This document shows positions 37,173 to 49,958 of a stretch of 64,000 nucleotides of DNA, piece by piece (the first letter of the stretch is position 1; the number at the start of each line of letters is the position of its first letter). The DNA is from Squalus acanthias (Eukaryota), in contig CM059433.1 of the NCBI GenBank assembly GCA_030390025.1, positions 5,022,001 through 5,086,000 of the forward strand. The letters are read 5' to 3'. A program made the position numbers and the translations under genes. The notes beneath the pieces are model-generated. The model saw only the letters and a list, made by a program, of their open reading frames with translations, had not been told where the DNA came from and did not search any database.

Positions 37173-38798
37173 GGATTTAGCTGATATTTAATACTGGAAT
37201 TAAGCCAAAAGTATTAACTCTTGTATTTTGGCAACCCACTAAATGTAAAAGCATTTGCTGAATCAGAATGCATTATTGTATTAATATCTTGTATTAATAG
37301 ACTCTACTCATTATATGACTGAAGCAACTGGTCTTTAGCTATAATTTTCATGTTATTTTAGGGTGCAGCTATACTACCTCTTACGCATTGATGCAAAATG
37401 CAAGTTCCCTTCCCAGGAGGAGGTTTTGCACCAATTTGATTTTGCACCTAGTTTGTGAAATAGACTGTCAAAAGCTTTGAAATGCAAAATAGATGAGCTG
37501 TATAAGCTCAGATCATCTTTACAGATTTTATAAACTAGTTTATTAATTTCCCTGTTCTTTTTCCCCCTTCAAACCTCCCACCTTACACAACTGTCCCATC
37601 TAAGAAGACAAGTTAATGGAACTGATGCCACACTCCTGACAATCTCCTATAAAGCCAAATACTAAGAGTCGTGCAAAAGTAGCTATGGTTCCAGGTCGTT
37701 TTGTTTTTTTCCCCTCCTTCCTTGTGGGGAAATATCTTGCCTCTGCTCCGCATCTGCTTGAGGTGGCACAGGAGCTTGCTGGGTGGGAGATGGCCACCTT
37801 CTGGCACAGTGCATTGGCAGTTTCATGGCTAAACTGGACTCTTACATGGCGCTCCGAAACAGGTGACTTTGCTAATTTAACCTGGTTTAAACTTAGTTAT
37901 TTGGAAGTCTGTACTTGTGACCTTGTCAGTAGTCAGCAGGAGGGGATCTTCGTTGCCTTGATATGTTCCTCATTTGGTCACTAGCTGATGGCAAGTTATT
38001 TAAAACACATGCTTATCTAGCTTGACTATAAATTGAGAACCACAATTAATTTTCATAATTAAATCGATCTGAATTGCCTAAACATAAACACAAGATAACA
38101 AAAAATATCCATGGTATGTGAAGAATCTTTATATTATGATGGATTACTACTTTTATGGAAAGTGTGAATTACTAATTTGTGCAAAATTGTGTATCTTCGA
38201 ACGTTCTGTAATTTCTCTGTTCCGATAACTTTGAGGAGGTTGTACAAATCTAAATGAAATTCTGATGGATTCCTCATAAAAGTACAACGTTCAAGGTTCT
38301 TGATTTGTCAAACTTGTTACGCTCGTGTGGAGCATAAACACTAGCATGGACTTGGGCCGATTGCCCTGTTTCTGTGCTGTAAATACTATGCAAGACTAGG
38401 TGAAGAAAGCTCCCCTGTATTGTCTTAGATTATACCTCAGCCATGCTTCATGCCTTTTATGTTCAATTCTCAATATTATGTTTCTTCAAAAATAGGACGT
38501 GACAGCATTTTGACAGTAATAATAGGTGTGAATTCAGCATTTTCATCTTTTCACCAAGATTTTAATAAGTGATGTTGTGATGGAATAAAAGTATGCTACC
38601 AGCATGATGATGTATTTTAAACTGCATTTCCTTATTAAGTGGATCTGTTATTTTTGTCCTCCTGACAAAATTCAACATAGAATAGACACTAACTCAAATA
38701 GCAGTTAGTTATCGGTGGATGCTGCAGTTGCTAGATGCTTTTGATGTTCTAGTTCTGGGTTAAAGGCATGTTTTAATTCCATTTTGTTTCTTTTTCAG

Positions 38799-38802
38799 CT
38801 AA
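38799..38802 (+). CDS. ROCK2: ROCK2 canonical last coding exon (AG|C = Ser, then TAA): -NKPS*
   Basis: ttttgtttctttttcag|CTAA; completes the known ROCK2 C-terminus NKPS. Confidence 0.92.
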
Positions 38803-40465
38803 CTGTCTTCTGGGGAATGCAGTCATTCAATTCAAGATGATGGGTTTCCTTCCTAAACAATAAAAGACTGTGTGTAATATAGTTTTTGACATCCAAACAA
38901 GAGTGCACAAAATGCTGCAGTTTATTTTATATAAGAAAGAGCTAAACATGACTCTACGTATCAAAAGTATCACAATGGTTTACAGCACTTTGCAGCAATG
39001 TAGAATTCTAAACCTGGGAGCAGTATTGGTCTGCTGCAGTCCCAGACAGCAATAGAAGTTGATGTAAAGATGCCCCCCAGGTTGCTTTTTAAGCCTGATC
39101 TACACAAAGCTTTCTTGGATGTGATACTACTTGGCAACCAAGTGAAATAAACACTAGATTGGTTGGGACACAGGATGGGGGAAATGTGCCACTGTCCGAT
39201 AGACTGGAGTGTTGTTGAGAAGAATGACGAATTTGTGAGGTGGTTACATCAGTTCAACTAGAATAAGAAACCAAATGTACCAGATGGTCATGTGAAAGTA
39301 TGTTGTGTTGGAACAGCCCAAGAGAGCTTTGAAATTTCAGAGAGTCAGTCATACTTTTTCAGTTTTATGCAGAGTAGTAATTAGTCAAAGGAAACCTTCA
39401 GTTGTCTTGGCACAAAGTACATCATATGGTATGTATAAAGAACAAGCTTTTGTTATCACAGTTGCATCTATGCACTTGTATAAAGCCATAGAGTTTAACA
39501 GATTTGCTTATGAGCATATTATAGGAAGCTGCATCTGAAAGGAATGTGGGAAACTACAGCCCTTCGGATTGAGGAAATTTTGGAGAATGTTATCAGTCAT
39601 AAATACACACTTTATAATGGGCAACCCGTGATTTTCATTTCATATATAAATAACGCCTTAATTTAACATTTTTCTAAATGTTTGCCCATCCTGTTAAATT
39701 GAAGTTTACTGATGACTGTTGTAATGGAAATTAAATGAAAGTTTATTGTTAAGAAAAATAGTGCACTATTTTTACACGTAACCATTTGCATTTGCATTGG
39801 CCAATTTTGAATGTGTTTCTATAAAATTATTGAAGAAAATATTTCAAGTATGGAATCTTAAAAAAAAACTAGCTAATGTACAACTGTTACTACCCAAACT
39901 GAGAATTATACAAAGGAATGACATGGTATTGGCCCATTCAATTATATTACTGTAATAGCAAATTTATGGAATTTGTAATCCTTTAGACTCACTAAGTGCT
40001 ATGAAACCTTATTTGCCTTGGTTTGTGTACCAGTCTAGATGTTTTATTTTCATTATTATTTCTAAAAAAGAGCATCTGTGTCTGTTATTTTTACTACATT
40101 CTCACAGCACATATATAAAGATTTTCACAAACTCTAAAATGATTTAACTAAAGTCATACTGTAGATGTATTTTAAAGTTTGTATAGAGTTCTCTAACACT
40201 GTAGCTGTAGTATAGACTCTAGTACGGTTGCAGTAGTTTGTTATGAGGACTCTGATGTGTAGCTGGGAAGCTGAGGCCTTGCAAATGGGGCACTCATACA
40301 GATATATTATTTTACATGCCATCTTACAAAAATACATAATTTATATTGGCTTGGCCATTTTGTATTTATAAAGGCTATCATCTTGAAATGCATGTTTTAT
40401 ACAACTACAGTATGCTAAAGATAATGTAAAACATATTTGACAATAAAACCATTATGTAGCCTTCC
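38803..40465 (+). other. ROCK2: ROCK2 3'UTR (end approximate)
   Basis: AT-rich stretch with no recognisable repeat after the stop; AATAAA at 38859, 39146 and 40442, the last followed by a T/GT-rich element. Confidence 0.7.
40442..40447 (+). terminator. Likely main ROCK2 poly(A) signal
   Basis: AATAAA followed ~20-35 nt later by tttttttgtgttttg. Confidence 0.6.
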
Positions 40466-40959
40466 AATTTTTTTGTGTTTTGCATAGTCATTAATTTGGT
40501 TTCTGCCCACTCTCTTGTATATATGCGCATTGACATAAAGTATAAAGCCTTTAATGCTGTTTTGGGGGATTTTTTTTTGATCACATGAACGAAATCTAAT
40601 CTTGATTTAACGCTTCTGCTTCAAGAATTTTTTAGTAAACCTATCGCTTTAAGAAAGCATTGCATCATCCTGTCCTTTCATATGGTTTTTCTGTGTTGAC
40701 TGTCTTCATTCCCCACCTCCCCCATCTTTTGTATTAGTTGTGTTTATTCTGCAATTGACAACGTTTCTTTGCAGCATCGTAACAGTTTTCAGCTTCCTGG
40801 TCATAATTGAGAGCCAATTCCTGTTGAAGCAGTTGGGTTTGAACGACTTGAGGTTCTATGTTTATGATTTGTGAAATTTCATTAAACTATTAAAATTCCA
40901 AATGTGAATCAAGTGGAAGAAATCTATTCTGAATTGTACTAGCAGGTCGGTAAGTTGTG

Positions 40960-41430
40960 CAACATAGCCATGGGGCTTCAGGTTCTCAGCAGATACTTGA
41001 CAGTGTAACCATGCTACAGTCAATTTTTTTTCTGCCAATTTCTTCTCCCACGAATCTTTCAATTGGATTAACTCCCTTGTTGGCGTATAGTTCCACAGGC
41101 GAGCTCTGGTACTTCACCCAAGTGGCTATTACTCAGGTAATAGCACTGATGGTGAATGTCGGCAGGTTATTTGACTATAAGGAGACATCATAGCTGAGCC
41201 CAGTCCTGGCCACGCCCGGTGTCCACTTACACAAACACACGCACACAGCAGGGATCCCTGGATAGGGAGAAGGAGCTTGACTGATTTTCCCCTGCCTAAC
41301 CCAGGGGCATAATGCAAGGTTTAGCTCCACTAGCACTACCATGGCTGCGATAGGCTAACACAGCATAAAGTGGAACATGAGATCTTTCTGGTCTGTATGG
41401 CTCAGCTAGTTACTGGACTAACTCAGCCAT
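40960..41430 (-). mobile_element. Old tRNA-derived SINE, family unassigned
   Basis: - strand ctgagccatacagaccagaaagatc head; related pieces at ~27050-27210, ~32880-33045 and ~34270-34390. Confidence 0.55.
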
Positions 41431-41792
41431 TAGTGGAGTAGCATGCTATCGTTCTAAGGATCCTGTGATGCTTGTACTATGTGTTATGTGTTGGTATTTG
41501 TTCATAGATGCCAGTTGATCCCAGACAAAATTTTAGGGGGAAAAAGTGGAATTGAGTAGGTCTCAGCAATTAACATTTCTGACTTTGCCTGCTAATAAAT
41601 TGAGTCTCAGGCTTATCCCAAGCCCCAGGCTTTTAACTTAGTAAAATTTCATGTCGAACTTATTTACTGTTGCTCAACTTATTTCAATTTTCAGTTATAA
41701 CTTTTAAATGTTTAGAATTATTTCAAATTAAATTTTTGGTGTGGAATTTTAATTACTTCTGTATTTGTTGAGCAATGTGATTCTCAGATCTT

Positions 41793-44700
41793 TTGGGGAG
41801 GGTTTAAACTAATTTGGCAGGGGGTTGGGCACCAGGATGTAACATTAGAAAGGGGAAATAAAGTGCTCAAAGGATTAGGAGAGGCAGAGAGCACTAAAGT
41901 AAGAAATCGTAAGGTATTAATTAGGTGTGGGGTCAAACTAAGAGAATACAGGATGGTCTAAGATGGGTTTACAGTGTATGTATGTGAACGCACGAAGTGT
42001 AGTAAACAAGGTAAATGAGCTGCAGGCATAAATAGCCACATAGGAAATATGATGTTGTGACAATAACTGAGACCTGGCTCAAAAATGGGCAGGATTGGGT
42101 ATTAAATATTCCTGGTTTATAAGGTGTTCAGGAAAGAAAGGAGGTGGTGTGGCAGTATTGGTTAAGGAGAATGTTAGTGCTGAAGAGGGAGGATGTCCTG
42201 GAGGGGTCAAGGACAGAATCTATATGGCTAGAGTTAAGAAATAATAGAGGTGCTATTACACTACTAGGTGTATTCTATAGACCACCAAATAGTGGGAAAG
42301 ATATGGAGGAGCAAATTTGCAGAGAAATTACAGAGATGCAAGAACTATAGCGTAGTATTAATGGGGGACTTCCAACTATCCTAATATAGACTGGGATCGT
42401 AATGGTGTAAAGGGCAGAGATGGGGAAGAATTTCTGAAGTGTGTTCAGGAGAACTTTCTTGATCATGTTTCCTGGCGAGGAAGGAGGCACTTGCTGGATC
42501 TGGTTCTGGGGAATGAGGTAGGTCAAGTGGAGCAAGTGTCAGTTGGTGAACATTTAGTGAACAGTGATCATAGTATCATAAGGTTTAGAAAAAGACAGGG
42601 AGCAATCTAGAATAAAAATGTTTAACTGGGGGAAAGCCAATTTCAGTGGGATGAGAACAGATCTGGCCCTGGGTAAACTGGAATCAAAGATTAGCAGCAA
42701 TACTGTAATGGAACAATGAGCTGCCTTTAAAGAGGAAATAGTTCAGGTACAGTTCAGGTACATTCCCACTAGAGGGGAAAGGCAGGGCAACTAAAGTCAG
42801 GGCTCCCAGGATGATGAAAGAGATAGAGAATATAATGAAGCAGAAAAAGAGCACGTATGACAGATGTCGGGTTGCAAATACATCTGAGAATCAGGCTATA
42901 TTTAGAAAGGTCAGAGGAGAAGTGAAAAAGAAAATAAGAGGGGCAAAGAGAGGGTATGAGAATAGAATGGCAGCCAACATAAAAGGTAATCAAAAGTCTT
43001 CTATAGGCATATAAATAGTAAAAGGGTAGTAAGAGGAGGGGTGGGGCCGATTAGGGACCAAAAAGGAGACCTATGCATGGAGGCAGAGGGTATGGTGGAG
43101 GTACTAAACGAGTACTTTGCATCTGTCTTCACCAAGGAAGAGGATGCTGCCATAGACATAGTGAAAGAGGAGATAGTGGAGACACTTGATAGGATAAAAA
43201 TTGATGATGAAGAGGTATTAGAAAGGCTGGCTGTACTTAAAGTAGATAAATCACCAGGAGCGGATGGGATGCATCCTAAGATGCTGAGGGAATTGAGGGC
43301 GGAAATCGCGGAGGTACTGGCCATAATATTCCAATCCTCCATAGATACGGGGGTGATGCCAGTGAACTGGAGAATTGTAAATGTTACACCATTGTTCAAA
43401 AAAGGGTGTAAAGATAAATCCAGCAACTACAGGCCAGTCAGTTCCTCGGTAGTGGGGAAGCAATAATCAGGGACAAAATTAACAGTCACTTGGATAGATG
43501 TGGATTAATTAAGGAAAGCCAGCGAGGATTTGTTAAGGCAAATCGTGTTTAACTAACTTGATCGAGTTTTTTGATGAGGTAACAGAGCGGGTTGATAAGG
43601 GTAATGCGGTTGACATAGTGTACATGGATTTCCAAAAGGCGTTTGATAAAGTGCTACATAATAGGCTTGCCAGCAAAGTTGAAGCCCATGGAATAAAAGG
43701 GACAGTGGCAGCATGGATACAAAATTGGCTGAGTGACAGGAAACAGTAGTGGTGAACGGTTTTTCGGACTGGAGGAAGGTATACAGTGGTGTTCCCCAGG
43801 GGTCGGTTCTAGGACCACTGCTTTTCTTGATATATATTAATGACTTGGACATGGGTGTACAGGGCACAATTTCAAAATTTGCAGATGAGACAAAACTTGA
43901 AAGTATAGTGAACAGTGAGAAGGAGAATGATAGAAGTCAGGAAGACATAGACAGGCTGGTGAAATGGGCGGCCACGTGGCAGATGAAATTTAATGCAGAA
44001 AAGTGTGAAGTGATACATTTTGGTAGAAAGAATGAGAGGACAGGACATTTAAATTAAATGGTACAATTCTAAAGGGGGTGCACAAACAGAGAGACCTGGG
44101 GGTATATGTGCACAAATTGTTGAAGGTGGCAGGGCAGGTTGAGAAAGCAGTTTAAAAAGGCTTACAGGATCCTGGGCTTCATAAATTGAGCTATAGAGTA
44201 CAAAAGTGTGGAAATTGTGATAGAATCATAGAATGGTTACAGCACAGAAGGCCATTCAGCCCGTCGAGCCCGTGCCAACTCTCAGCTAGTCCCACTCCCC
44301 TGCCCTTTCCGCGTAGCCCTGCAAATTTTTTTCCTTCAGATATTTATCTTTCAAAAGGGAGCTGGGTAAGATTGAGTCTGCCTCCACCACCCTTTCAGGC
44401 AGTGCATTCCAGATCTTAACCACTCGCTGCGTAAAAAAGTTTTTTCTTGTGTCGCCTTTGGTTCTTCTGCCAATCACCTTAAACCTGTGTCCTCTGGTTC
44501 TCGACACTTCTGCCAATGGGAACAGTTTCTCTCTATCTACTCTGTCCAGACCCCTCATGATTTTGAACACCTCTATCAAATCTCCTCTCAATCTTCTCTG
44601 CTCCAAGGAGAACAACCCCAGCTTCTCTAGTCTGTCAACGTAACTGAAGTCCCTTATTCTTGGAATCATTTTCGTAAATCTTTTCTGCACCTTCTCTAAG

Positions 44701-45283
44701 GCCTTCACATCCTTCCTAAAGTGTGGTGCCCAGAATTGGACACAGTACTCCAGTTGGGGCCTAACCAGCGTTTTATACAGGTGCTTCATAATTTCTACAC
44801 TTTAGGGTGCAGAAAAGATTTACGAGAATGATTCCAGGAATGAGGGACTTCAGTTACGTTGATGGATTGGAGAAGCTGGGGTTGTTCTCCTTGGAGCAGA
44901 GAAGATTGAGAGGAAATTTGATAGAGGTGTTCAAAATCATGAGGGGTCTGGACAGAGTAGATAGAGAGAAACTGTTCCCATTGGCAGAAGGGTCGAGAAC
45001 CAGAGGACACAGATTTAAGGTGATTGGCAAAAGAACGAAAGGCGACGTAAGAAAAACCTTTTATGCAGCGAGTGGTTAAGATCTGGAATGCACTGCCTGA
45101 AAGGGTGGTGGAGGCAGACTCAACCTTATCTTTCAAAAGGGAGTTGGATAAGTATCTGAAGGAAAAAAATTGCAGGCCTACGGGGAAAAGTCGGGGGGGG
45201 GGGACGGGGGATTAGCTGAGAGTCGGCACGGGCTCCTCGGACCGAATGGCTTTCTTCCGTGCTGTAACCATTCTATGATTCTA
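41793..45283 (+). mobile_element. CR1 LINE with near-complete disrupted ORF2 (APE+RT) and an internal inverted 3' segment (44217-44803)
   Basis: YVNARSVVNK, TITETWL, GVFYRPPNS, YMDFQKAFDKV, PQGSVLGPLLF, KFADETKL; tail ttctatgattcta. Confidence 0.93.
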
Positions 45284-45744
45284 AGCTAACCAAGAGGTGT
45301 CATCAGTCAGGAAAGGAAATGGGATCCTTGATGCAGACTGGTGCCAGTACACCAGGGTTACTTGCTAATAGAGGGTCTTTTCTATCACTGTCCATGAGAG
45401 GCAAAGGGCTTTCCCCATTTCCCCTAACTGGCCTGTAAGTTTACACTTCAGTCTACACTTGCTGGCCTTGGTCTGGTTGTATAATATAACAGCAACTTTC
45501 AGCTGTAACGTATGTGACATCTATGATTGTGTCTTACAAGCCATTTTTTGTAATTATTGATGGCATCCTCAGTGTTATGGGGCGTGGCATTTTAAAATAT
45601 CTTAAACTATCCTGGGATTTCTGTAAGGACTATTGAAGTACACTTCATTTTCGAATACACTGAAATTGTATGTTTGTTTTCCTTTTAATATCCTTCACAT
45701 TAATAGTATATTTCTTTTTTATGCACTGTATCATGCTACTCTTT

Positions 45745-48172
45745 AAATCTACTCTGTCCTTGCAAACTACCGTCCATTTCCAACCTTCCTTTCCTCTCAA
45801 GTCCTTGAACGTGCTGTTGCCTCCCAAATACATGCCCATCTTTCCCAGAACTCCATGTTTAAATCCCTGCAATTGGGTTTCTGCCGCTGCCACAGTACCG
45901 AAACGGCTCTTGCCATAGTCACAAATGGCATTCTCTGTGACTGGAGTAAACTATCCCTCCTCATCCTTCTGCAGCCTTTGACACAGTTGACCACACCATC
46001 CTCCTCCAATGCCTTTCCTCCGTCGTCCAGCTGGGTGGTACTGTACTCTCCTAGTTCCATTCTTCATCTATCCAGTCATAGCCAGAGAATCACCTGCAAT
46101 GGCAACTCTTTCTACTCCCGCATCGTTACCTCTAGTGACTCCCCAAGGATCTATCCTTGGCCCCCCTCCTAATTCTCATCTACTTGCTGCCCCTCAGCAA
46201 CATCAACCGAAAACACGGTCAGGTTCTACATGTATGCGGACGACACCCAGCTCTACCTCGCCACCACCTCTCTTGACCCCTCGTCTCTAAATTTGTCAGA
46301 CTGCTTTTCCGACATCCAGTACTGGATGAGTAGAAAGTTCCTCCAACTAACTATTTGGAAGACCGAAGCCATTGTTTTCAGTCCCTGCCACAAACTCTGT
46401 TCCCTAGCCACTTGACTCCATCCCTCTCTTTGGCAACTGTCTGAGGCTGAGCCAGACTGTTCGCAACCTTGGTGTCGTATTTGACCCCGAGATTAGCTTT
46501 TTTTGAAATTTGTTTATGGGATGTGGGCATCGCTGGCAAGGCCAGCATTTATTGCCCATCCCTAATTGCCCTTGAGAAGGTGGTGGTGAGCTGCTGCCTT
46601 GAACCGCTGCAGTCTGTGTGGTGAAGGTACTCCCACGGTGCTGTTAGGGAGGGAGTTCCAGGATTTTGACCCAGCGGTGATGAAGGAACGGCGATATACC
46701 TCCAAGTCAGGATGGTGTGTAACTTGGAGTTGGTGGTATTCCCATGCGCCTGCTGCCCTTGTCCTTCTGGGTGGTAGAGGTCATAGGTTTGGGAGGTGCT
46801 GCCAAAGAAGCCTTGGTGAGTTACTGCAGTGCATCTTGTAGATGGTAACACACTGCAGCCACAGTACGCCGGTGGTGGAGGGAGTGAATGTTTAAGGTGG
46901 TGGATGGGGTGCCAATCAAGCAGGCTGCTTTGTCCTGGATGGTGTCAAGCTTCTTGAGTGTTGTTGGAGCTGCACTCATCCCAGGCAAGTGGAGAGTATT
47001 CCATCACACTCCTGACTTGTGCCTTGTAGATGGTGGGGAGTCAGGAGGTGAGTCACTCTCCGCAGAATACATAGCCTCTGACCTGCTCTTGTTGCCACAG
47101 TATTTATGTGGCTGGTCCAGTTAAGCTTCTGGTCAATGGTGACCCCCCAGGACGTTGATGGTGGGGGATTTGGCGATGGTAATGCCGTTGAATGTCAAGG
47201 GGTGGTGGTTAGACTCTCACTTGTTGGAGATAGTCATTGCCTGGCACTTGTGTGGCATGAATGTTACCTGCCACTTATCAGCCCAAGCCTGAACGTCGTC
47301 CAGGTCTTGTTGCATGCAGGCATGGACTGCTTCATTGTCTGAGGAGTTGTGAATGGTGCTGAACACTGTGCAGTCATCGGCGAACATCCCCATTTCTGAC
47401 CTTATGTTGGAGGGAAGGTCATTGATGAAATAGCTGAAGATGGTTGGGCCTAGGACACTACCCTGTGGAACTACTGCAGCGATGTCCTGGGGCTGTGATG
47501 ATTGAGCTCCAACCACCACAACCAGCATCCAACCACATATCCGTACCATCACTAAGACCGCCTGTTTCCACCTCCGTAACATCGCTCTTGCTTCAGCTCA
47601 TCTGCTGCTGAAACCTTCATGCCTTTGTTGCCTCTAGACTTGACACTGCTCTCCTGGCCGGCCTCCCAACTTCCACTCTCTGTAAACTTAAGCTCATCCA
47701 AAACTCTGCTACCCGTATCCTAACTTGCACCAAGTCCAGTTCACCAATCACCCCTGTGCTCGCTGACCTACATTGGCTCCCAGTTAAGCAACGCCTCGAT
47801 TTTAAAATTCTCATTCTTGTTTTCAAATCCCTCCATGGCCTCGCCCCTCGCTATCTCTCTAACTTCCTCCAGCTCTACAACCCTCCGAGATATCTGCGCT
47901 CTTCCAATTCTGGCCTCTTGCGCATCCATGATTTTAATTGCTCACCATTGGCGGCCGTGCCTTTAGCTGCCGAGGCCCTAAGCTCTGGAATTCCCTCCCT
48001 AAACCTCTCTACCCCTCTCTCCTTTAAGACGCTCCTTAAAACCTACCTCTTTGACTAAGCTTTTGGTCATCTGCCCTAATAGCTCCTTATGTGGCTCGGT
48101 GTCAAATTTTGATTACGCTCCTGTGAAGCGCCTTGGGACGTTTTACTACATTAAAGGTGCTATATAAATGAA
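45745..48172 (+). mobile_element. L2 LINE 3' half, interrupted by another LINE
   Basis: GFCRCHSTETAL, PQGSILGP, YADDTQLYL, LADLHWLPVKQRLDFKILILVFKSLHGLAP; L2 tail. Confidence 0.9.
46499..47524 (-). mobile_element. CR1-group LINE of a second family, nested in L2
   Basis: VPQGSVLGPTIFSYFINDLP..MFADDCT..WQVTFMPHKCQAMTISNK; 3' end ..gcccacatcccataaacaaatttcaaaaaaa. Confidence 0.85.
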
Positions 48173-48643
48173 GTTCTGCACATACGTTGCATCAAAAGCA
48201 CAGACACACTTAACACCCACAGAAATCTGCACAGTAACGCACATTGGTGTAAAATAAATGTTGCAACTAATTAAGTCGTTACGTAGTTTGTGCCTGTTAT
48301 GTAAACATTCTTGATTATTTACTGTTGAGATGCAAGTGGGCAGTGGATAGGACAGCAGCAACTTGGGAAAGAGGGTGTCAATTGCTGCCATAGTTCATGT
48401 GTTGCCAGCACTTCATCTCCTTCAAGGGCAGATGTTGTCGCTGCTTGTACTGGTGCCAGCTGATTATCAGTGCAGTACATGCTCATGTCTCAAACAGTTG
48501 CAATGTTGTGCAGTATGCAGCACACTTTCACAGTTTTGGTGACCTTCTCTTGCAAACATACAATCCAAGTACCTGAAGTTCTACTTGCTGCTCGATTGGC
48601 ACCCTAGGCTGGGCTTGGACCTCATTTTACTGCACGTCAGCCC

Positions 48644-49958
48644 TGTAGGGGGTGGTGGTTTGTGTCAGCTTCGCCTCTGACTTCTGAGCGGTTCGAATCA
48701 CTCCCACTCCCTTGGTTCTAGACCTTGGACTTATTTGGGGGTTGTGATGAAAAGTGCAGCAGACAACTGGTTTTGATGCAAGAACTTTGATCTTTATTTA
48801 AGAAAGTAAAACACAACACAAACACTCTAAAAGTGGGGAACACTTCGGTACAAGCGAGGGAAATAACATTAGAAGAATACTTCACCCCTCCCAATCCCAC
48901 TTCACTAGCTAAGTTGGACTCCAGAGAACCAGGGATAATGCTCACCAAACGAATCCTTGACAGTTGAGAGTTAGGGTTTAGAGTCTTTTGAGTAAAAGGT
49001 TTCGTAAGGCCCTTGTTGCCGCGAGGTGTCCGATGGTCACTGGAACTGTTGCTCTGGTTTCTTCTTGCGTGTTGGCCTTCTTTGTTGAACTGTCCTCTTC
49101 AGAGCTGTGGAATTGCCTTCTTGCAGAACTGTGGAACTGCCTTCTGCAGAACTGCTTGCTGAACTCCCTGCAGCTGTGTAACTCTTGAACTGCTTGTCTC
49201 CTTGAACTGCCGTGTAACTCTACTGGAGAACTCGAACTCCTGAGAACTGCTGAACTCCTTAACTTGTTGAACTCCCTTCAACAGCTTCTTGCTGAACTCC
49301 CTGAACAGCTTCTTGTTTAACTGCTTGCTGAATTCCTTGCTGCTGTGTAACTCTATTGGAGAACTTGAACTGTTGTAACTGCTGAACTGACTTCTTGAGA
49401 AAACAGCCTTTCAATTACACTAATTGAAGCTTCCTTATCTGTGCATTGTAAGATTTTGGAGGGCTCGTTAACGGTAACGACTTTACTAAGTGTCAAGTGG
49501 CTTTTGGGATGGCTTGCGTCCTGTCGATCTCCTTGGTTGATTACAGTTGTTTGGTTTTCTTGGCTGGACTCGGTCTTTCTATAGAATGGGTCTGAGTGAT
49601 TTGTATTATGCATGTTTCTGATGGGCCCTGTAATTGGTTTTGATGGGGCCTGTCTTTGGGTGGGACTGTCTTTTCCCTGGGTCTATTGTTCAAATGTTAA
49701 TGTCTGCTGGGGCTTGAGTGAGGTCATCACGGTTCCCCAGACAGTGTAATTAACTGCAATAGCCAAACTGCTTTTACAGAGGTCGAGCCCACCTCCTTGT
49801 CCCTTTACAGGCCTAGACATGTTTTTTAAAATGCCAAAACTTGGTTTTTGGTCTTAAATTCCTTACGTTAGGCCCAAATGCATGTTTATCACTCTGAGGT
49901 AGTTCCAAAGTCCTTTTTCCTTAGGTTTTGGCGATCTGCAAATTTTGGAAACCTTACA
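48644..49958 (-). mobile_element. Solo LTR (1315 bp) with internal tandem repeats
   Basis: TGTAGGG..CCTTACA ends; 4-bp TSD GCCC (48640-48643 / 49959-49962); AATAAA on the - strand near 48793; gaactgct/gaactcc repeats ~49085-49400. Confidence 0.8.

Noticed and set aside
674..38802. ROCK1 assignment
   Set aside because: Linker GSGPGDAEADDGFP, C1 sequence, RRPSRQL..NKPS terminus, ROCK2m-like exon and SLC66A3 neighbour all indicate ROCK2
41793..45283. Active CR1 or domesticated RT gene
   Set aside because: Multiple stops and frameshifts plus an internal inversion
49085..49400. CRISPR-like or coding repeat array
   Set aside because: Irregular degenerate tandem units without unique spacers, inside a eukaryotic solo LTR
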